64,000 nt of DNA from Balanoglossus misakiensis. Its lineage: Eukaryota > Animalia > Hemichordata. Position numbers and translations under genes: made by a program. Below the pieces are notes generated by a model that was not told the origin of the DNA, did no database searches, and saw nothing but the letters and a program-made list of their open reading frames with translations. Shown here in pieces: positions 50,370 through 62,049 of this stretch; positions within the stretch are counted from its first letter, which is position 1, and each line of letters opens with the position of its first letter. The stretch lies in the NCBI GenBank assembly GCA_040954595.2, contig CM082577.2:13709903-13773902 (forward strand), given 5' to 3'.

Positions 50370-51502
50370 TTTCTGTTGATCAAATGTCGTACAGACAGAT
50401 AAATATGTTAAACAATGAATGGAATAGGCAAGTTTATGCATTCAATTTTCACCAAATGCAACATAACAACTCTATAAAAGGCCTCCCTTTGTAGAAGTGC
50501 GTTGATCTGAGTCAAAACAGTCTCCAACTTGTCTCAGGTTTTTGGCAATGCGAGATGATACTAGTCCTAAAGATAGCCTAGAATTAGGTATGTGCATATT
50601 AGGTATGTGCATGAATAATTGGGTAAATGTTACGATCTTGAACACCGAAAACAAAGAAATGTTGGTCTGGTCTTATAAAAAAATACCGTATTGGGGTCGT
50701 CAAAGTCGTGTCAACCAAAACGACACAACAATTAACGGAACCTTGCACTAGCCACTGGCGCTTGACATATTGCTTAGTTCGTATGCCATTATTATGAAAA
50801 AATAATATAACGCCACCTGAATTGAACGCATGCGCATAGTCTTAACTTTTAGCTGTACGCGTCCTTGGCCGGTGCAGAGGTTACGCTCTCCTGCTTTCTC
50901 TTTCTATTGTGACCATGTGGAATCGCGACCAAGGCCATTGTGCAAGCTATATACTAATAATGTTCATTTCTCTTTTGAAATATTATTATATTATAACTTG
51001 CTACTGTTCACCATTGTGATTGGGTAAGAGCTGAATTCAGCGATGCTAAAATACTGTTTTACCACTGCTGACAGTGGTAAAACGGGTCCCTGAACTAGCA
51101 TGCAGAAGGAAAAAATACACAGTCGCGTGCAGTTAAACCATATAAATAATTTCATTTCATTTCGATCTACATTGTTTTAATTCTTATTTATCAATGTTAT
51201 TCTGTTTTTACTGATTTTTTCTTTCTTGTGTTTATTATTTTTATTTGTTTTTATTGTTTCAGTATTTCACAAACAAAAGCACAATCAAACAAAAATAAAC
51301 AAACTATAGATGTATTTATGCATTTTAACAGTGGCAGAGATGGGCCGCCATAGTAGTCAATCCACAAAGGCCCACTGTTACGCTGCCGATAACAAGGACA
51401 CAACAGATAAATATGTTTTTGCTCTCCATAAGAAAGGGTATTTTGTCATATTCCAACAGGAAATCACCGTCATGTCATCATTTAAGATTGGGCACCTGTA
51501 TC

Positions 51503-51565
51503 TTTTTAGCTCACGTGAAAATCACGTGAGCTTATGGTTTAGCGATGTCTGTGTGTGTGTGTGTA

Positions 51566-51598
<33 letters not shown>

Positions 51599-53600
51599 CT
51601 GTCTGTCTGTATACCCGATATCTCAAGAACCGCTGAACCGATTTCCACCAAATTTAGTACACAGGTTTAGATATCATATGGCAAGAACTGAAAAGGTTTT
51701 GGTGGGTGTGGCTTTGATATTAATGAAGTTATTAAAGTTTTAATTTTTCTATTACATGGTTGTCTATGAGAGCTTTTGTTAATGCCGCATATATGACCAG
51801 TGGAAACGATAGTTTGAGGAGATCGACTGTTTGAGGGCGCTGTGAAATGAGACATTCTTGGCGATATTGCCGTTGTTCTGTCCATGGCTGTACCCGTCGT
51901 TACGAATAACTTCCCTACGTGAATCCACAAGGAAGCTAACGTTGTTTAGTTGCTTCATAGAGCGTAAATTGTTAATCTACAGGACCGTCAGACGAATACT
52001 CTTTTCAAATGAAGTTTGAAACTACTTACGAGTAAGTTAGTGGAGACAATATGGCGGATAGTTGGCGTGCAGCCGAATCCGCGTTATGACTATGACGTGA
52101 CCCATTCATCAAGACAAACCGTAAATGATTCACGCATATTGTGGTCCTCACGCAGTCAATCTCAATATGTCACCAGGCTTTCTATTTGTCTATTGTTCAG
52201 AGAAAAATAACGTGGCGGTTGATCACACTCAACAGTAAAATCCGTTTTGTGAATTTATAGACAGTCTGTTATCGCCAATACTATATAGCGATTGCTAGAT
52301 GGCCTACCCAATATGTGATCGAGCGAGAATGATAACATTGAATGTCTGTTCAGATCTCATTCCGTACGTCATACGTCAACATTTCGATTTCGATTTAATC
52401 CATTCATAAAGAATTTAGAGAAAGTCGTCTTGAATTGTGACCCCGATTATCAATTTTACGATGATTTTTTGGCGACGGAATACACGAGACGCCATTGCAT
52501 AACTACGTCAGCTGGACTTCCAAGGTTACCATTTTGTGTGTATGGAATCTTATCACAGAGACTACGTACTTTGACAATATGCCATGCTATATCAATGACG
52601 CCCCAGAAAATTTGTCGAAGAATGAATTTGTCTTCTCATGGTGGTGCAATATATTTTAATGTCTATTTTGAGGTTGATTTTGGTTTTTGGCTAACATGTA
52701 TATCAATGTCGGCTTATAGCATAAGCTGGTGTCCGTCGTCTATGTATGTCTGTATGTGTGCCTCATACAGAATTATGTATTTTGTGAATGGATCAGTTTC
52801 GCCTAAATGTATTGATGTATGTATGTGTATGTCCATCAACATCAAAAACTTGGAACTACTGATATTTAGTGTGTACATAGAAATTGTTATTGCGAAAAAA
52901 TGCATACTGGTATTAACTGGAAAAATGTTCAAATAGACAAAATTGAAAAACTTAATAACAGCGGATCAGATTCAGTTAAAAATTGGCGTGCATTGGTGTG
53001 CAAGTACTTTGGGAAGACCTCGTATGATTTTGTTCAGGTGGAGTCAGTATCTGGCGTTTGCTATTTTTTATGATTTTTGGGGGGAATTTTCTGCAGTTTT
53101 GTTAAAAAAATTTCTTCTCTGAAATTACATGTCCAATTGATTTGAAACTTGGTATGGAGGTTCATAGGGCTTACGTGAATCACTTTTGTGCAAACGGTGG
53201 TGAAATTTGCAAAAATGCATTTTTGGGCAATATTTCCTGTTTTTGTCAAAAAATCAAATCCTGTGAAACTGTAAGTGGAATTGTTTTGATACTTTGTATT
53301 TGGGTTTCTAGGGGTGATCTCAGTCAGATATGATCAAATTGTAATGAAATTTGCATAATTGTATTTTTGGGGGAATTTCTGCAGGGTTTGGCCAAATTGT
53401 CTTCAGTAAAACCACAAGTCCAATTGATTGAAAACTTTGAATGGGAATTCATATATGTGATACCAGTCAGATTTGTCTGAATTTCCTGTTGTTTGCCAAA
53501 ATGTCTTCCTTATTGAAACTTGTTAAAGAGGTTCTTAGGCATGAACAGAAATCAAGACCTGATGTAAACTCAGAATTGAAAAGAAATGTTTTCATTCAAA
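51503..53600 (+). mobile_element. HINE-type elements and other decayed repeats (composite; boundaries approximate)
   Basis: TTTTTAGCTCACGTG...CACGTGAGCT hairpin plus (GT)n/(GTCT)n at 51503-51660. A second microsatellite head at ~52712 is followed by degenerate TGAAACTTGGT subrepeats. Confidence 0.45.
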
Positions 53601-55800
53601 TATTGTCGAAATATCAATATGTGTGATAGTGTACTTTTCTATCCTGGTTATGGTTTAAATATGGAGTGGTCACAATAATGAAATAATAAGAGGCACTGAT
53701 CAGTATTCAACAATTAGGTTACAAGGGGGAGTGCAGGGGTTTCAAGCTAAACATATTTTTTTTTATTTGACATCGTCCCTAACCCCTTACAAAAATTGAC
53801 AAGGCAACAATTCCACAAACATGTTTACATTTCACAATGGTGCAACACACAACCCTTACACCATATACACTATAAACCAAAATGGTTTAACACTCGTTTT
53901 TCTAATCTTGTTATTCTGTCAACCAATCACAGTACTGCACGTGAGCATATTCAGTTCATATCTGGTTGCCCGTTGCTATGGGTCGTTTTTGATCATTACT
54001 CTCCGATTTGGACTAAACCGTTATTGAGTCTAAAAAGGGCTGGTAACTAGTTCTAAACCTGCACGATTGTGAGCGCACTCCCCTGGTGAAGCTATTGATA
54101 TGCAAATTAGATAGGTCCAATTTCAAAACGCTATAAGGCTTTTTATTGTCTTATTGTTCTGTGACCTCAAAAATGAGCTCGATACGTATTCATTAGCTCA
54201 AACCACAGAAGATTTTGAAGGATTTTGTCTTCGAATATGGTCGTTGAATCTGTGGATTTCAGCATACTTCCGTACCACCCCTGAAAAATCACCGATTTTA
54301 GGTGTTTTCGGACGCACTCTTCCACCGGTTTCGCTTCTTAGAGCGACCATAACAGTCACGTGAGGGTTGTTTGTTTACACGGCGCTGGCCTGTGTAAACA
54401 AACAAGCCTCACGCTATGCGATAACAGGTCAAATTTGACTGGTGTACGTGGCCTATGAAAAAAGTCTTAGGGATGTTTGTGAACGGTACACAATCTCAGT
54501 GTACAAAACATTGGATTTTTAGCTTTGCCGTACTAGCGTGGCGGCCTATGGCCGAGTGGTAGCTGCCGTATCTATACTTGGACAGACCGACAGGATGTGT
54601 GCACGCAATCGTGCGTATTTTCAACTAGTTACAAGCCCCTTGTCGGACGTAAGGCCCCAAGTTTCGTTTCAAATTCTGGTTACGCAAGGTAGGCGTAAAG
54701 TTGAGGAGGCAGTAGGGGGGTCACTCAATGAAAAACACACACATACACTCAAGTGTCTTGGATCAGTAGGGGGTATTTATTACAAAACTACAAATATCAC
54801 TATGTATCTACTGGTCACATGATTCCCCCTTTGACAGGCTGCTGACTGACTAGCTAATTACCATAGGTAAATAAAGCTTGCTGGCTATGAGGGGAGAAAC
54901 ACATGACCAAACTACAACACTAATCAAAGGACTAAAGTCTACAATAACTAAATAAACCCCCTAGAATTAAAAAGCAGTAAGCCACTACTAATTCAAGTAG
55001 GGAATACAAAGCTTTGATCAAAATAAAGAAATAACAACAATAAATTCAAAATAATTACATAAAAGGCATTCAAAAAGAAGTCGCAAACCTTCTGAGAAGC
55101 AATAAATTACACGTCTGAAACAGTGACAATTAGTGGTGGGCGGGTGGGAAAATAAATTGGCTGCTGCTGCTGGTTGCCAAACACCATTGCTGCATGCAAA
55201 AGCTGACTGGCTATGCAGCTTAAAAATCCCGCTTATAAACACTACAAGTTGATTAGGCAAATGTGACCTATAGTAGTAGCCTCTGATAGGCCAGCAGCAA
55301 AACTATGTAAAATTGACATTTTATTTCCTTCTGGAATAAACATCTAACACTGTAAGTGTGTATAAGCAAATGTGACCTTTCAGAAAGAGTGGGTTGCAAA
55401 GTCCCTATGTCAAGTTACATAGCTTGAGAATAAACGAGTGACCCCCCTCAAAGAGCTACACAATAATTTGAAACTCGTTAAAAATTAACTATGCCTCAAA
55501 TTCTGGTTACGCAAGGTAGGCGTAAAGTTGAGGAGGCAGTAGGGGGGTCACTCAATGAAAAACACACACATACACTCAAGTGTCTTGGATCAGTAGGGGG
55601 TATTTATTACAAAACTACAAATATCACTATGTATCTACTGGTCACATGATTCCCCCTTTGACAGGCTGCTGACTGACTAGCTAATTACCATAGGTAAATA
55701 AAGCTTGCTGGCTATGAGGGGAGAAACACATGACCAAACTACAACACTAATCAAAGGACTAAAGTCCCCAAGACCCAAGACACTTGTGTTTGTAGGGTAG

Positions 55801-56763
55801 CTATGAAGTAGGTAACTGAGCAGCAAAATGACCCATAGTTTGCAACCGGAGTGGGAGGGAAGGGTGTAGGTACTTCCTGAAGGAGTCGCTTTGCCAGTCC
55901 CCCAATAACTTAATCAGTTCTGGGGAGGTCCCACATTGGAGGGCCCAGGATGCCCCCCCTCGACGGAAACTGTGCGTGGAATAGTGGCCTATATTACTCA
56001 CCAGGGGTGTAAGAAGGGACAGCAAACGCTTAGAGAAGAAAGCTGGTAAGACAGGTCGTGACGGGGGTATGATAAAAGCCGGTCCTGAAGTAGGGGCAGG
56101 GGTGCGTAGAAAGGCAGAAAGGACGGCCGTGACCGGACAAAGGGGGTGGTTAGGAATGGCTGGGAGGGGCAGGACAAACTCCCTGTCTTTAGTCTGAATA
56201 GTTTTGGACCACCTGATAACAATTCCTAATCCCCAGGGGAAAGTCAGAAAGTCACCTCTTGTTAGATGCTTTGACGGATCAAAGAGCCGGAGAGAAGGGG
56301 GTAAAACATTCGACCTCCTGAGCAATCCAAAGAACAAAACCAAACAGATAGCCCAAACCACTAAATCCTCAGTAACAGAGAAACAGAGCTGGGACCTAAT
56401 TCCTAAAAGGAGATCAGGGGTAATGGGAAGCTTACGACAGACAGAGGTCCCTTTAACTCGAGCCACTCCTTTAAGTAAGGTAGACAAAAGAAAGTTATCA
56501 GCAAGGGGGTTAGGGAAACCACCTTCGACATGTATAAGGCGAACAATATTGAGATACTGGCGAATCGAAGTTGCCTTCAACCGCTTGGCCAAATGAGCGA
56601 CATACCTACATAACACAACAGGCTCGACAGGTGTGGGGTTATATCCGAAGGAGACACAGAACTCTATGTAGGCTCGGCGATGAACTGCGTATGATGTTTT
56701 TGTTGATGGGGCAAAAGTGTGGCCCCTGTAGAATGCCACTGCGACGTCCAGTTCCTTCTCCAA
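55801..56763 (-). CDS. Ngaro ORF3, tyrosine recombinase (start uncertain; overlaps ORF2)
   Basis: FFGLLRRSN (R), WSKT (K), HSFRRGGA (HxxR), GDWQSD...KY (W, Y). Confidence 0.92.
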   Translation of the reverse strand: MEKELDVAVAFYRGHTFAPSTKTSYAVHRRAYIEFCVSFGYNPTPVEPVVLCRYVAHLAKRLKATSIRQYLNIVRLIHVEGGFPNPLADNFLLSTLLKGVARVKGTSVCRKLPITPDLLLGIRSQLCFSVTEDLVVWAICLVLFFGLLRRSNVLPPSLRLFDPSKHLTRGDFLTFPWGLGIVIRWSKTIQTKDREFVLPLPAIPNHPLCPVTAVLSAFLRTPAPTSGPAFIIPPSRPVLPAFFSKRLLSLLTPLVSNIGHYSTHSFRRGGASWALQCGTSPELIKLLGDWQSDSFRKYLHPSLPLRLQTMGHFAAQLPTS

Positions 56764-58421
56764 CTGTTTTCGTTGGTTATCTGAGAAAGTAGGGCAGAGG
56801 CAGCGGGACGAGACATGTGATTAGGGAAGGAGGAGAGGAAATCACTGGGGTGCACTTGAAAAGGGGTGTGTTCTTGAAGAAGGTTGTGAAGACGGGACAC
56901 TTGTCCCGGTTGGTGTAGTCTGGAGATAGCATCTGGGATATTGTTGTCTTTGCCAGGAATATGAAAAGCCCTGATGTTAAAATTGAAACGGACAGACAGC
57001 CAAAAAAGATCACGTAAAGCATTCATCACAGCCGGGTTACGTGAAGTACCGTGGTTAATACAAGCCATGGCGACCGTGCTATCAGTGAAAATGTGAACTG
57101 TGGAATCTTGCCAAACGTTGGCCCAGCGTTTGGCAGCAAGAATAATAGACAGAACTTCTTTATGGTTAATATGGAGTGGGGCAGCTGAAGGCCAGTCACA
57201 GGACCACAAGGTGTACTGCCAATCCCCTCTGTAATACATACCAGAAGCCAAATTAGAAGCATCAATGTGAACATCAGTCACCGGGCGGGGATCAATGAAT
57301 TTAGTGCGACCATTAAAAAGAGGGAGACAATTTAACCACCATTGAATATCTAACTGAAAATCCTTGGACAGGATGAGCTTATGCGAAGAGCGGCGTAAGT
57401 TGCTTAGCTGGTTGAGGATTCGCCGGAGGAAAGTTCTACCTCCTTTGATAACTCTGCAGGCCCAGGCAAGCTTCCCTGTTAGGGTTTCTAGCTGGCGGCG
57501 GCTGGCACGCTTTTTAGCGGAGAAAGCAAGAAGCAAGTTATGTAATTCAGCAAGCTTTTGCTGCGGCAGGCGTAAAGTTAACAGAACAGTATCAATCTCG
57601 ATCCCGAGAAAAACTAATCTTTGGGAGGGTCCTTCAACCTTTTTCCATGCTATACGGAAGCCTAGCTGTCTTAGCAACTTTAAGAGTGTGTTCAGGGCCA
57701 TCAAACAGGACCGATAATCAGGGGCGATAATCAGGAAATCATCAAGGTACACAACCATGGCCTCAAAACCCCGTCTGGCCATCATACGGCGGACACTCTG
57801 AGTAAGCCTGTGGAAGATACTGGGGGATAATTTTGCGCCAAATGGGAGCCGGGTGTCATAAAGGTAAGTTGGGTGCTTATCACCTTCAAAGGACCATTGA
57901 AGACCTGTAGCCTGATAATTGGACGGGTGAATTTTTACTGAGCGGTAAGCCGACTTGAGGTCTACTTTAGCCAGGTAACTGCCAGGAGAAATAAGTTTCA
58001 CCGCGTCATCAAGGGACTGATACTGAAAATGATAGTCAGACGCATAATCATTTACAGCCTTCCCCTCTGGTTGGCTGCAGTCATGGATAAGTCTAACTTC
58101 GTTAGAATTTGGCTTGGGGATTGCACCGAGGGCACTGATAATGGTTGGCCTTTTCGAAGAAATAACATAGTGGCCCTCTTCAATTTCAGCTAAGATTTGT
58201 TCCTCCACCTGTTGTTTGGCTGCACCCGTGGCTGACTTATAATTATACATATGGGCTGGTTTTAGGGGGCTATCCTTATCGATAATATGGAAACCATACT
58301 TAATCCCGTCTAGTAAATAATGGGCATCTGGGTCATGTTGTAGCTCAGTTTGCCAAGCAGAGAAGTTAAGAGCGAAATCATGGTGTGGTTGGGTAGGCAG
58401 ATTGAAAGCTTGCGACTTCAT
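56664..58421 (-). CDS. Ngaro ORF2, reverse transcriptase / RNase H
   Basis: VRLIHDCS, KVDLKSAYR, LPFG, YLDD, FLGIEID, IDAS, HINHKE, FTDS, HIPGKDN..DAISR; ATGA overlap with the ORF1 stop. Confidence 0.92.
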   Translation of the reverse strand: MKSQAFNLPTQPHHDFALNFSAWQTELQHDPDAHYLLDGIKYGFHIIDKDSPLKPAHMYNYKSATGAAKQQVEEQILAEIEEGHYVISSKRPTIISALGAIPKPNSNEVRLIHDCSQPEGKAVNDYASDYHFQYQSLDDAVKLISPGSYLAKVDLKSAYRSVKIHPSNYQATGLQWSFEGDKHPTYLYDTRLPFGAKLSPSIFHRLTQSVRRMMARRGFEAMVVYLDDFLIIAPDYRSCLMALNTLLKLLRQLGFRIAWKKVEGPSQRLVFLGIEIDTVLLTLRLPQQKLAELHNLLLAFSAKKRASRRQLETLTGKLAWACRVIKGGRTFLRRILNQLSNLRRSSHKLILSKDFQLDIQWWLNCLPLFNGRTKFIDPRPVTDVHIDASNLASGMYYRGDWQYTLWSCDWPSAAPLHINHKEVLSIILAAKRWANVWQDSTVHIFTDSTVAMACINHGTSRNPAVMNALRDLFWLSVRFNFNIRAFHIPGKDNNIPDAISRLHQPGQVSRLHNLLQEHTPFQVHPSDFLSSFPNHMSRPAASALLSQITNENSWRRNWTSQWHSTGATLLPHQQKHHTQFIAEPT

Positions 58422-59752
58422 AGCGAGTTTTTTGAATCAGAACCATGCGTAGTTCCATGGACTGATTTTGGGTGAGCTTTACGACATGTGTCTTCCAGAC
58501 ACACGTGAGCATAAGTACAAGTAGTACCAAACTTGCAATGACCCTTATTAAAGCCTAAACATATGGGTCTCCCAGATTTGGTATCAATTGGTGCTGGTGT
58601 ACGATGTGATGTTTTTTCATCGTAATTGGCGGACTTACCACTGCCATGATTGTAGCGCTTATCAACTCTTTGGAATCTTTCTACCAATGAGAGGGTTGTC
58701 AAATGGTTAATATCACAACCCCATCTAAAATTGTACTGTGCTTGATATTGGCGATATTCCCGATCATACAACAGGACTGACGTCCATGTATACCGGTTCG
58801 CCAATTGGCAGATTTTACGAGAGTAAGCCATGTAATTGAAAACATTTTCCCCTTGAAGTGAACCATCTTTCATCTTTTTATACATGATAGCAAAATTGGC
58901 TCCGGTCCATTGAGTAGGAGTCACAGATTCCAAAAGAGGTTTCTTTCTTCCCGTCTCAAAGACCAATGTGGTGCCATCATCCCCTACACTAAGTACCTGT
59001 TGCTCTTTCATTTTGATTGAGTCACTGGGTGACAAAAAATCCACAATATCATCGTACTTCTCACCTTTGAAATGCATGTCCATGTAAACCTGGGGCTCTA
59101 AATCGGCCCTTGCACTGCCCACAGAATAACTTGGAGGTTGGTTATTTTGAGAGTTCAGTAGAGGTAAAGTGTTCAGGATTGTCTGTAATGGTGCTGGGTC
59201 TTGTGGTGCTGCGCCTAGGGTTGTTGCTTGGTTGGACGGCAGGAGTAATTGAAGTTGTTTGATGTAGTCTGCTAAAGGTGTGGACGCAGCCATCTTGGAT
59301 CTCTGGTCATCGTTGGGGGCGCTGACATCCGGTGTTGCATTGGTAGCGTCGGCTGCCTGCTGCTGCGTCACCTCTGGTGGGGCCGGAAGTTGTTCTGGAA
59401 GATTTCGTGCAGCGGCCAGTGTTTCGGCATGATCACTGGGCTGATTTAGCTGACGGATCGCTGCTAGTAGGAATCGGCGTTGAGAAAGAGGTTCGACTTC
59501 CATTTCCACAACGTCCTCCTTCTCTATTAGCTGTATTGACGGTAAATCAGTAAAGCCAGCTTCGGCTAGTTTAGACAACGTATACGACGTGATTCTATTC
59601 TCCGCTGCCCAATGCTGGACGTCAATGGGAATGTCTGGTCCCATATCTGCTGTCAATGTCCCTCGACTTGTGCTCGCTGGCGTGATCGAGCCTGTGTTTC
59701 GGAGCATGTCTCGCAACGTACCTGGTGTTAAAGGCTGGTAGCTAGCGTCCAT
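58418..59752 (-). CDS. Ngaro ORF1 (Gag-like; SAM-like domain, C-terminal CCCH-type zinc fingers)
   Basis: First ATG outside repeat A is at 59752. Motifs YTWTSVLLYDREYRQ and CLGFNKGHCKFGTTCTYAHVC...C...H. Confidence 0.85.
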   Translation of the reverse strand: MDASYQPLTPGTLRDMLRNTGSITPASTSRGTLTADMGPDIPIDVQHWAAENRITSYTLSKLAEAGFTDLPSIQLIEKEDVVEMEVEPLSQRRFLLAAIRQLNQPSDHAETLAAARNLPEQLPAPPEVTQQQAADATNATPDVSAPNDDQRSKMAASTPLADYIKQLQLLLPSNQATTLGAAPQDPAPLQTILNTLPLLNSQNNQPPSYSVGSARADLEPQVYMDMHFKGEKYDDIVDFLSPSDSIKMKEQQVLSVGDDGTTLVFETGRKKPLLESVTPTQWTGANFAIMYKKMKDGSLQGENVFNYMAYSRKICQLANRYTWTSVLLYDREYRQYQAQYNFRWGCDINHLTTLSLVERFQRVDKRYNHGSGKSANYDEKTSHRTPAPIDTKSGRPICLGFNKGHCKFGTTCTYAHVCLEDTCRKAHPKSVHGTTHGSDSKNSL

Positions 59753-60244
59753 CGGTGGGTTCACGGCGGCAGGACGGAAATCAGGCTGCTGCTTGCCAGT
59801 TGCTAAAAATAAATTGGCTGCTGCTGCTGGTTGCCAAACACCATTGCTGCATGCAAAAGCTGACTGGCTATGCAGCTTAAAAATCCCGCTTATAAACACT
59901 ACAAGTTGATTAGGCAAATGTGACCTATAGTAGTAGCCTCTGATAGGCCAGCAGCAAAACTATGTAAAATTGACATTTTATTTCCTTCTGGAATAAACAT
60001 CTAACACTGTAAGTGTGTATAAGCAAATGTGACCTTTCAGAAAGAGTGGGTTGCAAAGTCCCTATGTCAAGTTACATAGCTTGAGAATAAACGAGTGACC
60101 CCCCTCAAAGAGCTACACAATAATTTGAAACTCGTTAAAAATTAACTATGCCCAAAACTTAGTCTATTGTCCTACAAAGGCCCATAGCAATTGGCAAGTC
60201 TCTCTCGTTGCCCTGTTAGAAGTAAAATCCGTATTATAATGTAC

Positions 60245-60972
60245 TAAAGGTGGCATTGCATGAATACGCCAAGACTTTTTCAGAGGCCTATTTCTCATCA
60301 AAGACAACATTAAAACCATTCATATTCTGGAAGCTGAGTTTTTGAACTTTTGTTTGAGTTGCATATTTTATTGACCCCCAGAATTGTGGTGTTTTGGGGG
60401 TTAAAAACTCATTTTTGATATCATGTCATTCAATTGAATTTAGGTAAAAAGTTGACCATACATCATGCATCTTAATATGTCATTCGAAACTGGAGAACAC
60501 GTGCAAAAAAAACGAAAATTTAGTTTTGCGTTATCTGCTTTCATTGAGGATAAACAGCTTTTGAAAGTTAGATTTTTAGAAAATTTGATTAAATTTACGA
60601 CGAGTTGCATTGGATCAGAGTTTATTCCCGCCAGGTACACTTTATCGACTAAAATAATTCATTTTGTTAGATAGGTCATACACAATCCCCTGTTAAAATT
60701 TGAGTAAATTCGGCCAACGCAGAGCGAAGCTAAATTCTTCAGAAGTTGTCAAAAGCAGCGAAAATGCAAACTGAGAAAAACTGCCATTTGCATTGTTGAC
60801 ACCTATTTTTTAAGCTGTAGACTCATTCAGAAAAGTGTTATTTTTGGGTGATAATGTACCATTTCCGCCAAGACGCATTTGTCAGAACGTGGATCAGTAT
60901 TAGACCTACCGATTTATGTAAAAAAAAGTAAAATTTGGCCAAAATCACAACTTTTCATGCAATTACCCACTT
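60245..60972. mobile_element. Non-autonomous DNA transposon inserted in the last array unit
   Basis: Imperfect TIR (AAGGTGGCATTGCATGAA / TTCATGCAATTACCCACTT); array sequence on both sides. Confidence 0.4.
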
Positions 60973-62049
60973 GGCGCTCGCACATGTCACTCGCTCGGCT
61001 GTAAATTAGGTGTTTTCCCTCATACGCCAGTATAGGACAAATGCAGCCCTTTTAGTACTTTTCTCCAACACAGAAACTGACCAGGTTGGACTGACTCTGT
61101 TTATCAGCTAATCCCGAGTTGATCTGTAACTTGCAGAGTATGGCCAATTTCGGACAAAACGGCCATACACACCACATCCTACTAATCTGAGTGGGGAAAA
61201 GTTGTCATGTTGCCTGTAGTAAAAGTTTGCAAATACGCGCTATTTCTATGAACTTACCTATTTTCTTCAGAAACTGACTCGTCAAAACCTTACTTTATCG
61301 ACTGCGGGGAATGTGTATGTGTTCAGGTGTACCGTACGCGCCAATGTCCCATATAATGCTAAACTTTTATTGCTTTCGGTTTCGTCTTTATTTCGTGGAA
61401 AGGCGGATATGGTGCACTATGGGTAGGGGTGATACAACTATGGAATAGGGGCGATCTTGTCCACACTGAGAGTAAAAGTAGGCTAAATACGAAAGAAGAA
61501 AACATGCAAAGTAAGTAAATAAATATATACTTAAGTAATACAAAAGCCACATTCGGCCTGGTCTGTAATAAACAAGGCGTAGTTAAACTGAGTCAAGACA
61601 CTATCGTTTGAAATACAGTTGCCTGCTGGGTTGGGCGCATGCGCGAGTTAGTGTGTGATTTCGAGTAGTTGGCTCTTGTGTCGGAGGTGGTATTTCACGA
61701 GATGCTGACGACAAACAGAGAACGTGTTCGGGTCCGAAACTCAAATCATTCAAGATGGCGACCTCTGTAATAAACAAGGCGTAGAAAAACTGAGTGAGGA
61801 TACTATCTTATGAAATACAGTTGTCTGCTGGTTTGGGCGCATGCGCGAGTTGGTGTGTTATCTCGAGTAGTTGGCTCTTGTGTCGGAGGTGGTATTTCAC
61901 GACTTAAAGGCGATTTCTCTCGCCCAAATGAGCGCTGCCGCTGCAAAAAGTGTCTCAGGCAAAGAAGACGACAGAAACTAAACTAGACGGACGGATAGAT
62001 GAGATGCTGACGAGAAACTGAGAACGTGTTCAGGTCCGAAACTCAAATC

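Larger units (their letters stand above)
54669..60152 (-). mobile_element. Ngaro-type tyrosine-recombinase retrotransposon, apparently intact
   Basis: Split direct repeats in the order A1 (60152-59805), ORFs, B1 (55766-55496), A2 (55495-55148), B2 (54939-54669). Gag, RT/RNaseH and YR ORFs; no methyltransferase; no TSD. Confidence 0.92.
18020..61630. repeat. Tandem array of ~4.6-4.9 kb composite units (about 6 copies, some partial), expanded by transposon insertions
   Basis: Marker (GAA)GTAAAATCCG(C/T)ATTAT recurs at ~18941, 23557, 35901, 40792 and 60220, with a partial unit start at ~44504. 21832-23870 nearly equals 39067-41090 (offset 17235); 36180-39065 nearly equals 41060-43945 (offset ~4880). 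Confidence 0.9.

Noticed and set aside
54537-54600. tRNA/SINE-like A box (TGGCCGAGTGG)
   Set aside because: No B box or cloverleaf follows.
55018-55260. 80-aa ORF identical to the start of the tracked Ngaro ORF1
   Set aside because: It is the duplicated A repeat read from a TTG, not a separate gene.
18020-61630. CRISPR-like reading of conserved flanks around variable cores
   Set aside because: Eukaryotic context, kilobase spacing and no cas genes; the cores retain faint protein-level homology, which favours rapid divergence over spacer acquisition.
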